Assembly: GCA_963813025.1 (NCBI GenBank)
Contig: CAWEXO010000016.1
Coordinates: 43,082 to 107,081 of the forward strand
Length of the DNA stretch: 64,000 nt
Source: an uncultured Verrucomicrobiae bacterium
GTDB taxonomy: Bacteria > Verrucomicrobiota > Verrucomicrobiia > Chthoniobacterales > JAFAMB01
Direction: 5' to 3'
The notes under the pieces are model-generated. The model was not told the origin of the DNA and did not search any database. It saw only the letters and a program-made list of their open reading frames with translations. The position numbers and the translations under genes were made by a program. Below are positions 58,728-64,000 of this stretch, in pieces (positions within the stretch are counted from its first letter, which is position 1; every line of letters starts with the position of its first letter).

Positions 58728-59674
58728 CCACGGCACGACAACACGCCCGGTTTGGCGGGCTTCTTCTGCTCTGGTTTGTTACTCTTACCATCTTTGCCAT
58801 CGGAGCACCTGCTTTCTTCAGTCTGGCCAACGTCACGTCAATTTTGCAGTTCTCGACTCTGTTGGCGTTAGTAACTCTTGGCCAGACTCTCGTGATTCTG
58901 GCGGGAGGCGGTGGCATCGATCTTTCGGTGGGAGGAATCGTTAGCCTGTCTGGATTGGCGATCGCTTTTCTAATCAAACAAGGCACGCCCGCATTCCTCT
59001 CCGGGATTGTCGGAGTTTTGTTGGGTGGGGTCCTGGGCAGCATCAACGGCTTGATCATTACTCAATTGAGATTGTTACCGTTGATCGTGACGTTGGGGAC
59101 CTTTTATACGTACAATGGCCTCGCGCTGGCTCTGACCGGCGGTGCACCGCTTTCAGGACTGCCGCCTTCTTTTGGTATGCTTGGGCAAACCCAGTTCTTG
59201 GCGATCCCCTTACACACCCTGCTGTTTGTTTTACCCATTTTTGTCGTAATAATGTTCATTCTCGCGCAAACGCCTTTGGGGCGGTGGATCTACGCGATCG
59301 GCGGCAACGAAAGAGCGTCCCGGCTTGTTGGGCTGCCGGTCGATGCGATTCGGCTAGGAGCATATACGCTCAGCGGGATTCTTGCGGCTCTGGCCGGTTT
59401 GGTGGCGGATTCTTGGCTGTTAAGTGCCCGTCCAAATATCGGCGAGAATCTCGAATTGTTATCTCTGACTGCGACTCTGTTCGGCGGAACGAGTATCTTT
59501 GGCGGATCAGGCGGTTTGGCTGGTTCTCTCGTGGCGGTCTTATTCTTCACCTCGCTGCAAGTTGGGCTTCAAATGTTAAACGTTAACAACATCTGGCAGC
59601 TTGGAATTGTCGGACTTTTGCTCATTGGCAGCGTTCTTTTGGACAGAATCATTCGAACCGCGGAGGCAAAATGA
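58724..59674 (+). CDS. sugar ABC permease (LsrD/RbsC-like)
   Basis: GGGIDLSVG, IYAIGGNE.ASRL.G, GGTSIFGGSG. Confidence 0.9.
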   Translation: MTTARQHARFGGLLLLWFVTLTIFAIGAPAFFSLANVTSILQFSTLLALVTLGQTLVILAGGGGIDLSVGGIVSLSGLAIAFLIKQGTPAFLSGIVGVLLGGVLGSINGLIITQLRLLPLIVTLGTFYTYNGLALALTGGAPLSGLPPSFGMLGQTQFLAIPLHTLLFVLPIFVVIMFILAQTPLGRWIYAIGGNERASRLVGLPVDAIRLGAYTLSGILAALAGLVADSWLLSARPNIGENLELLSLTATLFGGTSIFGGSGGLAGSLVAVLFFTSLQVGLQMLNVNNIWQLGIVGLLLIGSVLLDRIIRTAEAK

Positions 59675-60990
59675 AACACCAAGTGGAGAGACAAATCCTC
59701 GAGATCATTCACCAGCGCCGGGAACGGATCGCCCAAACGCTGCTAGAGTTAATTCGTTTTGAGAGTATTGTTATGGTGGACCCAACCAAAGCGGGTCCGG
59801 GTGAACGAGAATGTCAGAAATACCTGGAAAGCAGACTCATCGCCGCAGGATTCGAAACGGATCTTTGGGAGCCGGACGCGAACAGCCTGCTCGAGAAATA
59901 CCGGGGAAAACCGGGAGCACAGTACGGCCGAAACTTCCATGGACGCCCTAATCTCGCGGGAAGGTTACCTGGTTCTGGGGCCGGTAGATCGATCCTTTTA
60001 ACCGGTCACATTGACGTTGTTCCACCCGGTGAACTGACGCACTGGCGCCATGGCCCATTCATTGGCGCAAGGGAAGGCGACATTATCTACGGTAGAGGCG
60101 CGGTGGATATGAAGGGTGGAGTCGCGTCGATGCTGCTGGCTGCTGAAATTCTTCGCGAACTGAATGTTCAGCTCTCCGGCGATGTTCTTTTCGCGACGGT
60201 AGTGGATGAAGAGATTGGCGGGATGGGAGCCTTGGCCATGGCAGATCGTGGCTATCGAGCGGACGCCGGGATCCTGACAGAACCCACCGCCAATCGGATA
60301 TCGCCACTCTGCCACGGGATTCTCTGGGGCAAAATTGTCGTCGACGGCATTGGCGGCCATGCTGAGTTGAAGGCACGGCACTGGAACGCAGGGGGACCCG
60401 TCGATGCTATAGGTTTGATGAGATTCATTTTGGAAGGGATCGACGTCTTGAACGAGCGCTGGCGCACTGATCCGCAAAAGAATCATCCACTAATGGAGCT
60501 CTCGAACCAGATCATTGTAACCCAGGTGCGTGCGGGTGAACATCCGAGCTCTATCGCAGGACGAGCCGAGATCACCATCGACGTACAATATCTCCCTTCG
60601 GAGAAAGACGCTGACGGTGTCGGAGGTACCGTCAAGCGCGAGGTCGAAGCGTATGTTGCGACCTTGGCGCAGGTCGATCCCTGGTTAGCTAAGCATCCCC
60701 CGAGAGTTGAATGGCTTCTGGACGCGGACTGCGCGGAAGTGAAACCGAATCATCCCTTCATCAATACCCTGGCTGACGCATGCGCGGCAGCATCCCGTCC
60801 ATTTCAGCTCTGGGGGATGGGAGCGCATACCGACATGGGCATTCCAACCGACCTGGCGAAAACGCCAACCATAAACTTCGGACCAGGTGATCCGAGTCAG
60901 GCACACCAACCCAATGAACACGTGTCGATCGATGACCTCGTAACTTGCACCGCCGTGATAGCGTTAACCGTGGCGCGCTGGTGCCATTAA
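59671..60990 (+). CDS. ArgE/DapE-like M20 family deacylase/peptidase
   Basis: GHIDVVP, GRGAVDMKGG, DEEIGG, EPT, FGPG...AHQPNE. Confidence 0.92.
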   Translation: MKHQVERQILEIIHQRRERIAQTLLELIRFESIVMVDPTKAGPGERECQKYLESRLIAAGFETDLWEPDANSLLEKYRGKPGAQYGRNFHGRPNLAGRLPGSGAGRSILLTGHIDVVPPGELTHWRHGPFIGAREGDIIYGRGAVDMKGGVASMLLAAEILRELNVQLSGDVLFATVVDEEIGGMGALAMADRGYRADAGILTEPTANRISPLCHGILWGKIVVDGIGGHAELKARHWNAGGPVDAIGLMRFILEGIDVLNERWRTDPQKNHPLMELSNQIIVTQVRAGEHPSSIAGRAEITIDVQYLPSEKDADGVGGTVKREVEAYVATLAQVDPWLAKHPPRVEWLLDADCAEVKPNHPFINTLADACAAASRPFQLWGMGAHTDMGIPTDLAKTPTINFGPGDPSQAHQPNEHVSIDDLVTCTAVIALTVARWCH

Positions 60991-61001
60991 GAATCGTTGC
61001 T

Positions 61002-61754
61002 ATGGAAACAAAAGTATTATTAGTCGGAGAAAGCTGGGTCAGTACCTCGACTCACTTGAAGGGATTCGATTTCTTTTCCTCGACCTATTATGCAACTGGC
61101 GGCGACTTCTTAATTGGGGCACTGAGTTCGGTCGGCGTCCAAGTCACTCATCAGCCAAGTCATGAAGCTTCGAAATCGTTCCCACTGGATCTTGATAAGC
61201 TAAAAGTGTACGACGTCATCATCCTCAGCGACGTCGGAGCCAACACTTTATTACTTCCACCGGAAGTCTTCCTGGAAGGTAAACGCGTTACGAATCGCCT
61301 CGAGTTAATTAAACAATATGTCGGGGATGGGGGTGGGCTAGTTATGGCGGGTGGTTACCTCAGTTTTCAAGGAATCTATGGTTCGGCGCGTTACCACCGC
61401 ACACCAATCGAGGAAGTTTTGCCGGTATCGCTTTTGCCAGTCGATGATCGGGTCGAGAAACCCGAGGGTGTAAATCCTTGCGTGACGAGAAACGACCATC
61501 CGATAACGCGAGGCATCGACGGTGTGTGGCCTTATCTCCTCGGATTCAACGAAGTTAACGTAAAAGAATCCGCAGAAGTTTTGGCGACGATTGGCGAATA
61601 CCCACTTTTGGTGACAGGATTATTCGGCAAAGGTCGATCGGTGGCTTGGACATCCGACATCGGTCCTCACTGGTGTCCTAAAGAATTTGTCGATTGGCCA
61701 GGTTACAACCGACTCTGGCAACAAATTATCGCTTGGGCGGGGAGAGAGGAATAG
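61002..61754 (+). CDS. class I glutamine amidotransferase-like protein (DUF1355/GATase1_like)
   Basis: VLLVGESW...H.KGFD, YDVIILSD.GANTLLL, GGYLSFQG, DDRVE.PEG, SDIGPHW. Confidence 0.85.
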   Translation: METKVLLVGESWVSTSTHLKGFDFFSSTYYATGGDFLIGALSSVGVQVTHQPSHEASKSFPLDLDKLKVYDVIILSDVGANTLLLPPEVFLEGKRVTNRLELIKQYVGDGGGLVMAGGYLSFQGIYGSARYHRTPIEEVLPVSLLPVDDRVEKPEGVNPCVTRNDHPITRGIDGVWPYLLGFNEVNVKESAEVLATIGEYPLLVTGLFGKGRSVAWTSDIGPHWCPKEFVDWPGYNRLWQQIIAWAGREE

Positions 61755-62217
61755 CGTCGCTAGTGCACGGTCTCCCATGTAATGGTGCCATCGCCGCTGA
61801 AAGCCTGGGCCGCCACCAAGTTCCAAGTCGCTCCGTTCGCGCAAGGTTCCCGTTAGCGACGGAGAGTTAGGAAGGAAGTGCCGCGTATAAGTAAGATTAC
61901 AATACCGCAGGGGGCAGGGGCCCTATAGTTGATTAACACACCGGCGTTTTTTCGGCGTCCGGCAATACGAGGCTTTCTCAAATGCATTTCCAGCCGGACC
62001 AGCGCCCGGGAGATACAGTTTATGGCGGATTGCCAGCTTGGCCACGGTTGCAAGGTTCTGCTTGCCCCTAACCACACACTGAGTTGGTGAGTTAACAATT
62101 TTTCGTGTCCCTTTTTCGGGGCAAGTACAATCTGGAAATGCTGGATTGACACCTCAGCTACGCGATCATAGCATTGGTGAGTTAGGCCACCCCCTGAACC
62201 CGGCGGAAACATTGTTC

Positions 62218-63456
62218 ATGAAAAAGCTGAAGCTACGAGCCTCATTTACGGCTGCCGCACTTGTCGCGCTATTAACGCAATCGGTCCTCGCGGAAGATAA
62301 GGAATTGAAGATCGGCGTCGTCGCGGCCGAATCGGGATCGTTTGTCTCCGCGGGCAACACTATTGTCGCCGCGGCTAAATTGGCGGCAAAGCAGATCAAC
62401 GACGCAGGCGGCATCAAGATCGGAGGCGACACCTATAAGATCAAGCTTTACATCCGAGACAACCGCACCGACGTCAACGTGACTATCGCGGCCGCTCGCG
62501 AACTGGTCGATGACATCGAGGTCAAAGCAATCTGGGGTACCGAGACGCACGATTTTTCGGTCTCGATGGCAAAGATAACTGGAGCGGCGAAAGTTCTCCA
62601 ATTCTCCGGCAACAGTTCCCTCGGCGCTGTGCTTGACGACAAATCGGTAGCCCCGGGAGGCTGGCTGCACTACACGTTCCAAACGGAGCCTCAGGAATGG
62701 CAGCGCAGCGGCAGTACCGCAAAGGGGGTTCTGGCCCTTTTGACGCCTCTAATGCCCCAACCTCCGAAGCATTCGGTTGTATTTGTCGGGAACGACGCTA
62801 CCGGCCAATATCTATCCTCGCACTACGTGAAGGCGTTAGAGGGAGAAGGGCAGCAGGTGGACTTAATCAAGTACCCGCCCGATACCACCGATTTTTCACC
62901 GCTGCTTACGCGGATCAAGGGAATGAACCCGGACATCGTCCATTTTTGGTATAACGGAGACTCCACATTGACCGCCTTTCCTCAAGCCTTAAAATTGGCG
63001 GTGGCACCCGCTTATTTCTTGTTCGGCGTGGACCCAGGCATCTACGCGGAGCGGCACTTGAAATCCGACAAGCCGGTCACTCTGAGCTGCGTCCCGGTCT
63101 GCTGGGGGGCATCGCCCTATCCAGCGGTGCAAAACTATTTCAAGAGTTACTTTGACCTGGGTGCAGCCAAGGGACCCCAGTCCTCGGTTTCATTGCTCTA
63201 CTACGATTACTTCTTCATGTACGCCAAGGCGCTGGAAGAGGTCGGTTCGATCGACAATCCGGATGCTATTGTGGATGCGATGCTTAAAATGAAGTATCAG
63301 GGCGTGGTATCGCCAGTGCCCCTTAGTTTTAATCCACATCATCAGGTGACCTTTGCGACCGAGGTTTGTCTGGTCCAGCCGGGCACCTCCGACCAGTTCA
63401 AGACAGCCGTTGAACAGCCTCCGCCTGCACCGCCGCCTGGCGATCCCGGCGGCTAA
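62218..63456 (+). CDS. branched-chain amino acid-type ABC transporter substrate-binding protein (LivJ/K fold)
   Basis: Signal peptide; LKIGV, QINDAGGI, TTDFSPLLTRIK..NPD. Confidence 0.85.
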   Translation: MKKLKLRASFTAAALVALLTQSVLAEDKELKIGVVAAESGSFVSAGNTIVAAAKLAAKQINDAGGIKIGGDTYKIKLYIRDNRTDVNVTIAAARELVDDIEVKAIWGTETHDFSVSMAKITGAAKVLQFSGNSSLGAVLDDKSVAPGGWLHYTFQTEPQEWQRSGSTAKGVLALLTPLMPQPPKHSVVFVGNDATGQYLSSHYVKALEGEGQQVDLIKYPPDTTDFSPLLTRIKGMNPDIVHFWYNGDSTLTAFPQALKLAVAPAYFLFGVDPGIYAERHLKSDKPVTLSCVPVCWGASPYPAVQNYFKSYFDLGAAKGPQSSVSLLYYDYFFMYAKALEEVGSIDNPDAIVDAMLKMKYQGVVSPVPLSFNPHHQVTFATEVCLVQPGTSDQFKTAVEQPPPAPPPGDPGG

Positions 63457-63509
63457 GGTCGACATGCTTTTTGTCGGTTGCAGCCTTTCCAAGGTTGCAC
63501 GCAGCGATA

Positions 63510-64000
63510 ATGCAGATTCTCATTCAACAGCTGGTTAACAGCCTGTCAGTGGCCAGCGTTACCATCTTGATTGGGATCGGAATCACCTTGATCTTTGGCT
63601 TGGCTGGGATTGTCAATTTCGCGCATGGCGAATTTCTGATGGTTGGTGGGATGGTCACTTGGTTTTTAGTCACATCCGGTTGGAACTTCTTCGTGGCGGC
63701 GGCAGGAGCGATGATCTTCGGCGGTCTGCTGGGATTTATCGCGGAACGAGGGTTATTTCGGTTCACGTTGGACCGGCCAATGAACGGATTCATCATGTCG
63801 ATTGGTCTAAGCGTAATCCTTCAGCACGTCGTTATTCGCCTGTTTAATGAGGTCCAGAAAACCATTCCAGACCCGATCGGCGGCGTCTGGATAGTAGGAG
63901 GCGTTGATATCATTGCCATGCGCGCCGTGGTGGTGGGAATAACCCTGGTCGTAGTCGCGATTACCTATTTCGGCATTTCGCGCAGCCGTTACGGGATGGC
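63510..64000 (+). CDS. branched-chain amino acid ABC permease (LivH-like), 5' part; runs off the window
   Basis: Not in the ORF track; MQILIQQLVNSL...GITLIFGLAGIVNFAHGEFLM. Confidence 0.88.
   Translation, partial: MQILIQQLVNSLSVASVTILIGIGITLIFGLAGIVNFAHGEFLMVGGMVTWFLVTSGWNFFVAAAGAMIFGGLLGFIAERGLFRFTLDRPMNGFIMSIGLSVILQHVVIRLFNEVQKTIPDPIGGVWIVGGVDIIAMRAVVVGITLVVVAITYFGISRSRYGM

Noticed and set aside
62035..62055. Sigma-54 promoter upstream of the Liv-type binding protein
   Set aside because: GG and GC are separated by 8 nt rather than the required 10.

Overview
64-kb window of a moderately GC-rich bacterial chromosome. Gene content and style suggest a soil Verrucomicrobia (Chthoniobacterales/Spartobacteria-like); this is inference and was not verified. 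It mixes housekeeping genes (ClpX-like ATPase, recR, mnmA, ispA, nadE, dinB, tRNA-Asp, rplS, rnhB, yraN, rplM, rpsI) with carbohydrate modules (GH43, GH51 plus ABC transporter, GH4, two ribose-type sugar ABC systems), an orphan flavin-dependent halogenase-like gene, and two intact insertion sequences (IS630, IS110). The most notable signals are non-coding. (1) The ends of the IS110 element can be reconstructed around a GAT core, and its ~400-bp leader contains a bridge-RNA-like internal loop whose two strands match the left and right flanks of its own insertion site, which lies beside a REP doublet. (2) Many intergenic elements are built from short tandem repeats (6-, 7-, 9- and 10-mers), often as inverted pairs around unique DNA or gene remnants, alongside several REP/MITE-like families. 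(3) Several gene relics are internally deleted or truncated (GT2, vapBC, LacI, fumC, and a duplicated hydrolase 3' end). All calls come from reading motifs by eye; no database searches were run.
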